A stretch of 63,765 nucleotides of DNA, the filler included, from Octopus bimaculoides (lineage: Eukaryota): assembly GCF_001194135.2 (NCBI RefSeq). It is 5 parts of 5 records of this genome, joined end to end, with 100 filler letters (N's around TTAATTAATTAA, not from the genome) between each part and the next. Parts side by side here need not be neighbours in the genome. Positions count along the whole stretch, not along the records: positions 32,988 to 53,068 come from NC_069002.1; 4 more parts are not named here. The stretch is one strand, 5' to 3'. Each line of letters begins with the position of its first letter. Position 1 is the first letter of the stretch. The notes beneath the pieces were generated by a model. That model had not been told where the DNA came from. It saw only the letters and a program-made list of their open reading frames with translations, and ran no database searches. The translations under genes and the position numbers were made by a program. Below are positions 35,480-46,917 of this stretch, piece by piece.

Positions 35480-36239
35480 GTAATAGCATACTTAGAAATA
35501 TTTCTGTAAACCTAATAAACAGTGATACAAACAGGTAATACATCTAGGGTATTCCAAATGTCATCTAGTGATTTAAAATGTCATATGTCAGATCCCGAGA
35601 GACAATATCTATTTGTGTATTTCTGTACATCTATAGATATGTTAGAACTTACTCATAACACGAAAACGTGGGAGATGGCAGAGTTCACAAGGTGTATTTG
35701 CCCTGATGCACAACATGAAAACTAAAATCTTTCTTTGTCCAACTTTCTGTTAAAGTTTTGTTAATCTGTTACCCGTAGATAATCGTCTCATTTAATTAGG
35801 TTGCACAAGCTTGCTAATAAACTACTACTGTGTTCCACGTGTACAAATGAAATACGTTCATAACATACTCGATTCATTATAAATACATTGTCGTCATAAA
35901 AAGAAATTGTTCTTATGTGACGTACACATCAGCGACTAGCATATTTGCGTTCGAGAATAAATACCCAAATCTTCGTTACTCTATCTAACACATTTGCATT
36001 ATTCTTCTACAGTTCACTCCTATATTATACCCGAGATATGAACGTTTTCTCTTAAGATATTCATCTAATGAACGATACCTGAGATGTATAAAGGTTATCA
36101 CATATATCGCCTACTCAGATAGCAACAACGGCAATATTGTATGCATGAATTTCAACTCTGCTTATTTATAATTGCATTGGTTCTTTCCAAGTAAACTGAC
36201 GTTTGACTGTTCAAAGACTCCAAAACTACCTAGAAACGA

Positions 36240-37304
36240 TTACTCTTGAAAAATCGGCAAAGTATCAAGCACTAGCAGAAAAAGGATTCAATCCCCAAGG
36301 ACATTCATACTGATATGCTTACGATATTAGTGGGTGACGCTCCAGTTTTATCAACAGTGTTAAAGGACGAAGATGAATTTAGGAGTGGAAAGTAGAGTCT
36401 TGGAGATGACTCAACGTCTGAACGTCCTGCAACTGCTACAACTGAGGTTGACATTGATCGTGCACACTAAATGTTCATCGATGACAGGCGATTGACTATA
36501 AACCAAATAGCCAATGCTATTAGTATATCTCGTAAAACTTTGTTGAATGTTGTGCACAATGAACTTGCCATGGCGAAGATTTCCGCTCGGTGGGTGTCAC
36601 GTCATCTGACATCTGACCAAAAGCGCACCAGACTGATCGCATCACGGGAAAATCTGGCATTGTTTCAGACAGATCCAGCTGGTTTCTTTCATTAGTTTGA
36701 GCTAGATATAAAGAGGTAATTAATGGAGTGGAAACAACTCTCTTTACCTGCTCAAAGGAAGTCCAAGGTCGCTTCACCAGTAAGGAAGTCAATGGCCTCA
36801 GATCTTTTGCTTGCAAAACAGTATTATGTTTTTTGACTGCTAATGAGCCGCTGCATCGATGGAGAATATTATGACAACTTACTGAGACGGTTACAAAAGC
36901 TATCAAGGCTGAATGGCCAGGAAAACTAACGAAAGGGCTTTTGTTTGTTCAGGACAGTACTCAGGACATTTTCTCCCAATGTCAGCTGGCAGTGACTGTA
37001 GCGTTGAACTAGATTATCACTGTCCCTATTCTCATTATTGGGCCCGATCTGACTATTATTTGTTCTGCAACATGAAAAAGCACTAGGCCGGGAACAGGTA
37101 ACGCAGTGATGATGGCGTCATATCTGTTGATGATGACTTTTTGATCACCAGGATAAAAGCTTCTGCACCAATGGAATTCACGCACTGCAAAACAGACGAA
37201 AAAAGTATGGATCGCAAGGGGGTTACGTTGGAAAATAAAGTTCATTTGGTCACAGTCTATGAGAGTATCTTGGTCAGCCTATGAACTTTTCAGTCGACCT
37301 TCAT
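36240..37304 (+). mobile_element. Mariner (DD34D) transposon relic
   Basis: DDRRLTINQIA..ISARWVSRHLTSDQKRTR; FVQDS; PYSHYWARSDYYLF; 3' TIR-like GAACTTTTCAGTCGACCTTCA. Confidence 0.9.
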
Positions 37305-37965
37305 GCATATATATATATATATATATATATACACGTACAACACATAAAATAATGAGTGATTAAATGCGAAGTATGCAACGTTGGCCACTTAATCTCCAGC
37401 AGCAATGGATGCATTGTACGCTTGACCAAAACACAAATGAGTCGAGTGTATACATATTTATGAGTAAACACTGAATCCATCAACATGTATAATTCACAAC
37501 CATTTCAATTGATCCATTGAAGAGATAGCGTTGAAATATCTTTGTTTCGTCATCAATTATCTCACATGTGATATCGATTCCTAAATATATAACATTATCG
37601 CGTAACTTGACGAAAGAAATCAAATTATCTGAGCTGATTATATAATTGAATGAGTGAATAAATAAAAGACTAATTTTCTTCATCTTATTCTCCATAATTA
37701 GGAGGTATTCCTAGGCACTCAAATGATGCTGTTGGAATCGAATAAGAGGATATGCAAATAATGGATAAATTGAATAACTATGCAACCGATGATATACAAG
37801 GACCATGATGTTACATGGGATTTAGAAGAAGGCATTTCTGAATACATTTATTCGTCTTTGGTATATACTATAAAACACATCAGCAATTTAATAGATATAT
37901 GTATGTATGTACATTTATATAAATGGATGTACATAAATATATGTATTTATGTGTATGTATGTATG

Positions 37966-37998
<33 letters not shown>

Positions 37999-38267
37999 AT
38001 ACAACATGGAATTAAATATAATTATGCTCGTATATATGGGCATATACCTCAGAGGCATTTCTTCTTTGTTCATTCTGGTTAGTAAGACAATACACTCACA
38101 CATACACACATTTATGTATTATGCATCTATCTATCGATCTATCTATATCTATCTTTATATGTGTGTGTATATGCGTGTGAGGGTTACGTGTGTATTTGTG
38201 TGTGTGTGCGTACGTGTGTGTGTGTGTGCGTGTGTGTCTGTGTCTGTATCTGTGTGTGCGTCTGTGT

Positions 38268-38416
38268 ATTTTATATTAAAGCCGAAAAACTTTTCACTCT
38301 CCGTTACTCAGAGTTTCACGTTAACTTTCGTTGGAGAGTTGTGATAACTGTCCGAAGAACGATAACGTCAAACTCTGAGTAACCGCTTGTGAAGATTTTT
38401 TCGGCTTTAATAAAAA
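38268..38416. repeat. ~150-bp palindrome made of two inverted hammerhead-bearing arms
   Basis: Arms ~38274-38340 and ~38346-38412 are reverse complements around loop GTGAT; each resembles the 32701 HHR. Confidence 0.85.
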
Positions 38417-38559
38417 GAATATTGCACTGTCTTACGTAACTAAGTACTAAATTTCCGCCTTGTTTCATATTTATGTGTTCACTTGTATTGTTGTTCAGGC
38501 TTTTGTCGCTAGAACTGGCGTCGTTGAGTAAAGACATACTGCTATGTAGTGAGCCTTTA

Positions 38560-38945
38560 TTTTTCAGTCCTCTTGCACGAATGAAAACATCACGAAAATT
38601 CGTGGTCTGTCACCGAACAATTGACCAGCTTGTTGATATGACTTCTGTGTCAGGGAGCTCCTATAGAGTTAGAGCAAGGAATTGTGAACAAAAAGAGTTG
38701 AAGCAAAATTTGTGCCTCGCTTGCTCCCGGAAGATCAAAAGCAATCACGACTGAATGCGTGTCGAAAACTGAAAAAAAAGTTGGAAGTTGATCCGGACCT
38801 TTTTTAGTTGTCATCACAAGTGACGAAAACTGGTGCCACTGCCATGACCCGAAACGAAGCAGCAATCAAGTCAATAGAAGCATTCAGTGTCGCAACGACA
38901 CCAAGTGGAGTCCAATGTCAAGACGATGCTGATTTGATTTATTTT
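38560..38945 (+). mobile_element. Second mariner transposase fragment
   Basis: AKFVPRLLPEDQKQSRLNAC..DPDLF..VITSDENWC..DPETKQQSSQ. Confidence 0.85.
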
Positions 38946-39609
38946 TATTCTTACGTTTGAAGAAATAAATATTCTTGCATTTTTCTATTATTCAATTCAT
39001 TTTTAATGTTAATTAAATAAACGTTTTTAGCTTTAAATAGTATAGCTTTAAATAGTATAGCTTTAACTATTACATCGGTTAAATATGTACTAATTTTATC
39101 TTCATTATTATTTTAAACTTAAACTTCGTTCAAATTGTATTCAAAACAAAGATAATTTAAAACAATGATAATTTATGTAAGCTGTTTTTTGTATATAACA
39201 TACATGNNNNNNNNNNNNNNNNNNNNNNNNNNNNNNNNNNNNNNNNNNNNNNNNNNNNNNNNNNNNNNNNNNNNNNNNNNNNNNNNNNNNNNNNNNNNNN
39301 NNNNNNNNNNNNNNNNNNNNNNNNNNNNNNNNNNNNNNNNNNNNNNNNNNNNNNNNNNNNNNNNNNNNNNNNNNNNNNNNNNNNNNNNNNNNNNNNNNNN
39401 NNNNNNNNNNNNNNNNNNNNNNNNNNNNNNNNNNNNNNNNNNNNNNNNNNNNNNNNNNNNNNNNNNNNNNNNNNNNNNNNNNNNNNNNNNNNNNNNNNNN
39501 NNNNNNNNNNNNNNNNNNNNNNNNNNNNNNNNNNNNNNNNNNNNNNNNNNNNNNNNNNNNNNNNNNNNNNNNNNNNNNNNNNNNNNNNNNNNNNNNNNNN
39601 NNNNNNNNN

Positions 39610-39647
<38 letters not shown>

Positions 39648-39659
39648 GCATGTATGTGT

Positions 39660-40140
39660 GTCATTGTTCAGTTTTATTTCATGATTTCTTGCCAATAGAG
39701 AAAGAGTCGATTTCTAACTTAGATCCAAGGGTCTCTCATTGGAATTTCCTCATTAACGGGGTGGTTTTGTTTGTTTGTTTGTATGTATGTATGTATGTAT
39801 GTACATGTGCTGATTTGTATGTTTTGTTTTATGTCTGTATTCTCATGCAGATAGTTGCATATCTAGACATGCTCATATATACTTAAATGATAAACTTCTG
39901 GTAAGCTTTACATATTTTTACAGTTCTAATGATAGATTGGATCTGTAGTCTTCGAACAGCTTTCTCCTTTCTGGTTTTGAGGAGCTTAATTTCTCAAGTT
40001 TGGTATTTAAGCAGTGTGTTCCATATCCGAGAACTCCAATAATTAGAGGAATAAACCTGAACTTGTAATCTGGATAAACTATCTACAGATTTCTCAATAG
40101 TTCAGCCTAGATATTCTCTTTTTCACTTATCTTCAGCTTT
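39660..40140 (-). mobile_element. 3' fragment of an RLE-type LINE associated with (TACA)n
   Basis: [34 protein letters not shown]...RRLQIQSIIRTVKICK..KFII*. Confidence 0.75.
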
Positions 40141-40146
40141 GTTATG

Positions 40147-40177
<31 letters not shown>

Positions 40178-40214
40178 TGTATGTATGTAGTATGTATGTG
40201 TGTGTATGTATGTA

Positions 40215-40285
<71 letters not shown>

Positions 40286-41099
40286 TTACATGTGGTGTAT
40301 CGCTTATGCGTGTATTTATGCGTATTCATATATACAAATAAGAATTATTCATGCTAACAAATGAAAACTTGTCCATGTTGCTCTTAAGTAGATTAGTGAG
40401 GATGGAATATTATGTCAGCCTATAATACCTAAAACATTTTTTACTGATATTCATAATAAAATGTTCGTCATTAGGAAGCTGGAAAATTGTGTACATAAAA
40501 AATTAAGGTTTTATATTCCTACACTGAAATTCTCTCCCTTCTTTTTCATTGTCATTATATTTTATTGTCCGTACTGGAATTCTGGGTAAATTGCATTTTG
40601 TTTAAGTGTTAAGTAATCTCTCTTACACTTCTAACTCACACACACACATATATAAACGATTTTGATGCCTAATTTCTATGAGGGCTATTGCTAAACCGAA
40701 AACGACCTGCATATTAAGGTGTTCTATTCGTTTCACTTCGGTATTTAATGCATTTCCTCTGATTTAAAGACCAATCAGTTCTGTATTTGATACATCAAGG
40801 AACGAGACGTTACGTATTAGTAATATGCAAGAAATATTTGGAGATGTATTATTCGTGTCAAATTATAGATTTAAGCACTGTGAATTGTTAATATTCATAG
40901 TTTGGAAACTATAATTTTCGAAAAATATTCCTTACGTCTAGGAAACGTCTATATACAAATGTTTGACAGTAAAAAGAATGTCTTATATGAGGATGACTTA
41001 GTAGTATTATCACTTTCTTGGAAATGTCTTTTTCTGAAACATATCTGAAGTAATTTGATGAAAAAAAACAAAACCTTGACAGCATCTCGTACACAGAAT

Positions 41100-41600
41100 A
41101 GACACCAGCCTACTCCAATCCTTCATAGACGCCCCACCTCCAGGAGAAATGTCCAAGCCCAGTTTTCTTAGTTTAGAGTTCGATAATGCAGTGGTAACAT
41201 TATATGGTGGAAGAGGATCACCAAGTGCATGCAAGTATTACCGACCCACAAGGATACAACATAACTCAGATCTGAACACAATAACGTTTCTGAAAGGAAG
41301 ACCAAAAATGTCAACCTCTAAAGGACATTCTACACATGCAGGTGCAAAATACGTTTAAGAGATTTGTGTTCAGAAAGATAAACAGAACCATACGAGGTTG
41401 TGTACCCTACATGTGAAGAAGAGAACATGTTTTATAGGAAGGGGCCCAGTATTTGGGGACAAGCACTCAGGTATTGGCAAAAATAAAAACGAAAGATTAA
41501 TAAATCATCCGATATACAAGAAGGATCTCCAAAAATACTAGGAATCGAGAAGTGAACGAAAACACAACTGAAACACTATAAGAACTGAGTACGAGTCACA
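41100..41600 (+). mobile_element. Possible highly decayed PLE RT-thumb/GIY-YIG remnant
   Basis: SFLSLEF..YYRPT resembles FLD..YRKPT; VVY.TC..MFY resembles the GIY-YIG motif. Confidence 0.35.
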
Positions 41601-41660
41601 AAATTTTAACAAATACACAGCAAACAGAAAATATTAAATATGTAATATATGCATATGTTG

Positions 41661-41707
41661 AAGGCGGTGAGCTGGCAGAAGCCTTGTGCCTAGAATAGGA
41701 AAGAATA
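41661..41707 (+). mobile_element. Family A mini-SINE (head fused to tail)
   Basis: AAGGCGGTGAGCTGGCAGAA joined directly to GCCTTGTGCCTAGAATAGGAAAGAAT. Confidence 0.6.
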
Positions 41708-41794
41708 TATGTTGTTCTAGTTATTATATTTTTTTATTTGTTTGTGTAAATATTTTTGCTTTATACAATTCCAATTTGATTCAGTATATATTTT

Positions 41795-41940
41795 TCTCTA
41801 CTCTACGCACAAGGCCCAAAATTTTGGGAAGGGGGCCAGTCCATTATATCGATCCCAGTACGCAACTGATCTTTAATGTATCAACCCCGAAAGAACGAAA
41901 GGCAAAGTCGACCTCGGTGGAATTTAAACTTCGGCAGAAG
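41795..41940 (-). mobile_element. Family A SINE, head missing
   Basis: GCACAAGGCCCAAAATTTTGGG...GTCGACCTCGGTGGAATTTAAACT. Confidence 0.85.
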
Positions 41941-41984
41941 CAAAACAACAACAAAAACTCACACGTCGTCTTCGATGGGTAAGA

Positions 41985-42340
41985 CTTCCCAACCACATTG
42001 TTCCGGGTTCAGTCCCACTGCGTAGCACTTTGGGCAAGTGTCTTCTACTATAGCCTCGGTCCGATCAAAGCCTTGTGAGCGGATTTGGTAGACGGAAACT
42101 GGAAAAAGCCCTTCGTTATATGTGTTTGTGTCTGTATCTGTGCCTCCCTCCCGCCATCGCTTGACAACTTACGCTTGCGTAACTTAGCGGTTCGGCAAAT
42201 TTAACTGACAGAATAAGTACTAAGCATACAAAGAATAAGTCCTGGGTTCGATTTCTTTGGTTAACACCCTTTAAGGCAATGCTCCAGCGTGTCCGCAGTC
42301 AAATGACTGAAACAAGTAATAGAAAAAATAGAATAAGAGA
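41985..42340 (+). mobile_element. Family B SINE
   Basis: GGGTTCAGTCCCACTGCGTAGCACTTTGGGCAAGTG...GCAGTCAAATGACTGAAACAAGTAA. Confidence 0.9.
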
Positions 42341-43209
42341 CTATACATTTTCATTGTGTTTTTCTTTCTTCCAGAACTTCTGCAACGAAGCCCGAGGGGA
42401 TAAGGTTTAGAATAAACAGAACGTACCCGATCAAAAACGTTTGAGCCTCATAATATGACGGAGTAATAATCCTCGCTTCAGCGCGCTAGAGAAACTCTTT
42501 GTCAGCTGTACTGTTACGTTGAAATTCTGTAGCTCTGAGAGTGATAGGAGCATTAATAACATATTTGCTTTTCCTTTATTACCTACAGTTTTAGCTAGGC
42601 ATCCGAATCCTGTTGTAATTACATTGGTCGAATAGATCAGCCTGCTGTTGCCAGTCTCAAAAGACTTTGTGCTAATGTTTGCAGTAGTGGATTCTGTTAA
42701 TGACACCGAACGAATAGACAGCGAACTGATGGCATCGAGTAGATCCAAGTCTTGTGAATGTCTTAAAACGAGTGATGGATTATATCTATGAATGAAGAAC
42801 ATGTTTATTGCGATGAGATTTCGCACAGACGTTGCCAACCAAATTCGCTGCCATTCACAAGACTTGGATCGACTGGATATTATGGTTGAAGATATTTGAT
42901 GAATGACGAGCGGACTGAAATGAAATCATGGCGGCTTGCTTGCGTTTACATAACTGTTTATTTTTCCTTTCTAACTTTTGGCAATGATACAAAAATAGTT
43001 TAGGCTAGTGTACAGAAACATACAGATGCACCGAAATAATACTTTAAAATCTTCCATTTCGTTTCTCTGTATATTCAATATTTCATATTGATGACGAGGC
43101 TGAATTTCTCAATAAAATGCATTTGTCTTATTATTTTTTTTTCTGCTTATATTCATGATTTTTTACTCAAACGCATACAAATATATGTATAGTTGTTCTA
43201 TATATATAT

Positions 43210-44632
43210 AACTAGACTCCTCTTTTGTTCAATCCTTCCATCTTGCCCTCCTGCACTATCTCTAACTCTTCCGTCGAATTTTTTGACATTCCTGTCAGAA
43301 TAGACCACTATTAACACACTGGTTCACACTCTTACCTTAACTTCTCCTCCTCCCAACTTACCCGCACCAAGCTCTCCACTCCCTAGTCGTAATTCCTCCG
43401 TCTGCGCAGGCTCTGTAGTGACAACCATGACTTTGAGACTCAGTCTCAATTCATGGCTCACCACTTCATCCTATGCTGATATCCCCTCACCGCTATCCAT
43501 ACTACCTTTGCCAGGGTACGATCTGCTTTTTCTCCTCCCATCCTATTACATCACCGATTCTTTTACTTTCACTTCTAGTAACTTCTAGTTATTTACTGCA
43601 TCCCCTGCTCTCTCTCTCTATCCTTCCCTGTACATCGGTCTAGCGTGACGCTGCTTGGCTGACCAGTTCGCGGAGCATCTCCGAGATATCAGACTCGGCA
43701 ATGACACCCCGTGTTTGGACTGTCTTTGCACAGGGGCCATCCAGACTCGCGCCATCTCCGTGAACAAGAATTAATCTTCTCTCCTCGTTCCTTTGAACCA
43801 CATGTGCTTAATTCACATCCCGTCATCTGACACCAACCTCACCTCCTCTCTTCATTTCATACCAACCCCACATCACTCCGCACACACTGTCACTGACCAC
43901 TTTCCAGCACCCACAACACACACCATCATCCACAAACCCACACACAATATTCAGTAGCGTCACCACACATACCAGCCACACAGTTTAACTCAATACACAC
44001 ACCACACAACATCATTCACACTCCCATACCCACACAAGCACATAATGCCTGAATACAATCTATATACATATATACACATGCAACATGCATGAACACACGC
44101 CACATACATCGACAAAGTTAACTTTCACCCACATATATACACCATGCACATGCACACTGTTTAGTCAGAAACAAACACACACATGTACACACACCACGTG
44201 AAAAAAGCAGACATCAACTACTACAAACAATACACCCACGTTATACACACAACTCACACACGAAAGAGTCACTCGCCCCTATTCACACACTCACGCACAC
44301 CATTCTACCATACACACACACGCACACGCACCTTCTCCCGTTGGGATCACTATCACTTTATTATCTCCCGTTCATTCAACCACCTTGTTTTATTATTATC
44401 TCCCATTCTTTCAATCTCTTTTTTCCCCCAACCATTCGCCATACTGGACTGCTGAAATCTACAAGTCTTCTTTTATTCTCTCTGTTTATTTTCTCTTATT
44501 CCTTTCTATTGAAGAGCGTAGGCTCGAAACGTAAAAGGCTTTTCCATTTCTCCCGAGCGTCAACCTATTACACTTGCTTACTTGTTTATTTGCTGTCCAT
44601 GCATCTGTCTTCGTCTTTGTTTTTCTATAAGT
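43210..44632 (+). mobile_element. PLE 3' half (RT thumb + GIY-YIG + pLTR), decayed
   Basis: SHSYLNFSSS..KLSTP*S*FLRLRRLCSD..F..MAHHF..YP; LYIG..LADQFAEHLRDIR; HHR-like motif at 44501. Confidence 0.85.
44501..44538 (+). ncRNA. Hammerhead-like motif with non-canonical core
   Basis: CCTTT-CTATTGA-A-GAGC(GTAG)GCTC-GAA-ACGT-A-AAAGG. Confidence 0.6.
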
Positions 44633-44833
44633 NNNNNNNNNNNNNNNNNNNNNNNNNNNNNNNNNNNNNNNNNNNNNNNNNNNNNNNNNNNNNNNNNNNN
44701 NNNNNNNNNNNNNNNNNNNNNNNNNNNNNNNNNNNNNNNNNNNNNNNNNNNNNNNNNNNNNNNNNNNNNNNNNNNNNNNNNNNNNNNNNNNNNNNNNNNN
44801 NNNNNNNNNNNNNNNNNNNNNNNNNNNNNNNNN

Positions 44834-45420
44834 TATATATATATGAAGTATAAGGTACATTGTAGACGATCTTTAGTTCATGATCCAGGTTGGTAAAGAA
44901 CCAGTATATATTCTACAAATTGTTACGGATTCTAATTAGTTCCAAAGAGAAAAACGAAAAACTCTTCTTGAAATAAAAATTAGATTCTTCGTCAGGAATT
45001 ACATGCTGATATGAACAATTAAGACCAACAAAAATATTCAAAGACCTTTTACAGCCCAGACAGGAATGAGCATAAAATAATACAATGAAAGATAACTAGA
45101 ACGCCAGATAATTTAAAACCAGAAAAATACATATAAAAAAACACTCTAACGCTTTATTAACATTGCAATTCACAATGTGTAAATGTCTAGTAAAGTCATT
45201 TATGTTTAGTAAAGTCATAAATTTAATGTAACAAAAATTTAACTCGTAAAATAATAGGGTTATCTAATCAAAAATTAAGAATTAATACCTACAAACCGAA
45301 GCACTAAAATGCAACAGATGTCCTAATTGAAAGTTAATAGTAATATGAAACGAAAATAAAAAGAAAAAGAAAAGGCAATTCTTTTGTTTACATAAAAGCC
45401 ATCTACGAGTAAAACAGAAC
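44834..45420 (-). mobile_element. PLE-type pLTR remnant with hammerhead
   Basis: AT-rich tail ending in (TA)n; HHR at 44910-44999. Confidence 0.55.
44910..44999 (-). ncRNA. Type-I hammerhead, long stem II, one core lesion
   Basis: ATTC-CTGACGA-A-GAATCTAATT...AATTAGAATC-C-GTA-ACAA(T)TTGT-A-GAAT; A13>T. Confidence 0.65.
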
Positions 45421-45959
45421 AGAGAAAGTGAAGGAGTAGTAGTATCAGTGAAGGGAGAGGAGAGAAAATAGTAATACAGTGAAGGAGAAGTAGAGAGAGA
45501 GAGTAATAGCCATGACTGAAAGATTAAGAAAACGTAATAACCGTTTCGGAAAGAAGAAAGCGGAGTGTATCTTCTTTTCTGAACATTTGAATGAGAAAGG
45601 AAGGGGTGAATAAAGTAGAAAACAGTCATTCAACTCTGTGTGAGTATATGTGTGTATGTATGTATGTATGCATGTATGTATGTATGTATGTATGCGTGTA
45701 TGTATGTATGCGTGTATGTATGTATGTATGTATGTATGTATGCATGTATGTATGTATGCGTCTGTATGTGTATGTGAGAGTGTGTGAGAGTATGTGCGTG
45801 CGTAATGGAAACGTACAACTCTGAAAATAAAAACCGGACATCAGTCAAATTCTGTTTGAATACATGTGTGTATGTGTGTGCTTGAGAAATATGTGAATGC
45901 CTGTATCTGTGATTATTTTGTACTTCATTTTGTACCTTGTTTAAATAACAATTAGCCAT

Positions 45960-46640
45960 CAATTATAAACGGTACAAGGTCAGCTAATAAATATATAGAA
46001 ATATCAAAACGGTAGTAAGATAACTAAATGAATTAAATATAAAATCAACCGTTTCACAATCACAGATGAACCAAAATTAAAATACAATATCTTAAAAACT
46101 AAAACAAAAATTTAAATTAAAAAAAAATCTTTAAATTAAAGATTAAAGTAAACAATGCGAGAGAAACCAACTTGAGCAGTAAATACAAAGCGTGAAACAG
46201 AAATTATCAAACCCTCAAAAATCACAAAATAAAAACGAAACCAGATTGAATAAAACACCTATAATAGATATCCTTAATTACAATTTATTCAAAAACACAT
46301 TCTTAGGAAAATAGAAAAAACACGCCTTTCAGATTTAGAGTTTAGCAGCCTTCTTCTATAAAATAAAATCAAAAATGATTCATCAGAACTAAGAGAGTAA
46401 AACCTATTACCAATTCTATCAGCCGGGGCCGTCCCTAAAATGCTCCATTCAATAAAGAACGTTTTATTATTATTCTTAAGATTCCAGATAAAATTACTAA
46501 GACTAGTAGAAGCCCTATTTCCATTCCAAAAGGAATGGTAATGATTCGAAACCCCTTTTTTAAATATAATTTGGAGAATAACAAATATAAAAGTAATCAT
46601 TACCCTCAGAAATAACTCAAAATACAACGCTTCAGATTAA
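45960..46640 (-). mobile_element. PLE GIY-YIG C-terminal fragment plus 3' tail
   Basis: YFYI..FKKGVSNHYHSF..TSLSNFIWNLK..IEWSIL..ESFLIL..LLNSKSE. Confidence 0.8.
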
Positions 46641-46866
46641 AGCGTTAGTCGAGTACACTTCCTTAGGTTACTGCCGTTTCTTATGCTGTAGACGAGTTGT
46701 TGAGTGCCTGAGGAACAACTTATATATCCTGTGAAGCTATAAGGCGGTACTCAGGGATTCAGCTACGAGTCCACTGCATCATATTAGCAGAAAAATTTAG
46801 AAGCAAATGAAGTTCATTAGGTGATGGTTTATTCTTGTCTTTTATAAGTGTAATATCTATCTATCT

Positions 46867-46917
<51 letters not shown>

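Noticed and set aside
37480-37695. 71-aa minus ORF with VIYLGIDIT
   Set aside because: Single YLG-like word is not enough to call a LINE RT or a host gene
42431-42838. 135-aa minus-strand ORF, and plus-strand ASESCC..LC..C..C* frame
   Set aside because: No recognisable domain; the plus-strand frame needs the third of three nearby AGs as acceptor
46690-46750. CTGAGGA..TGTGAAG hammerhead-like string
   Set aside because: Stems I and III do not pair
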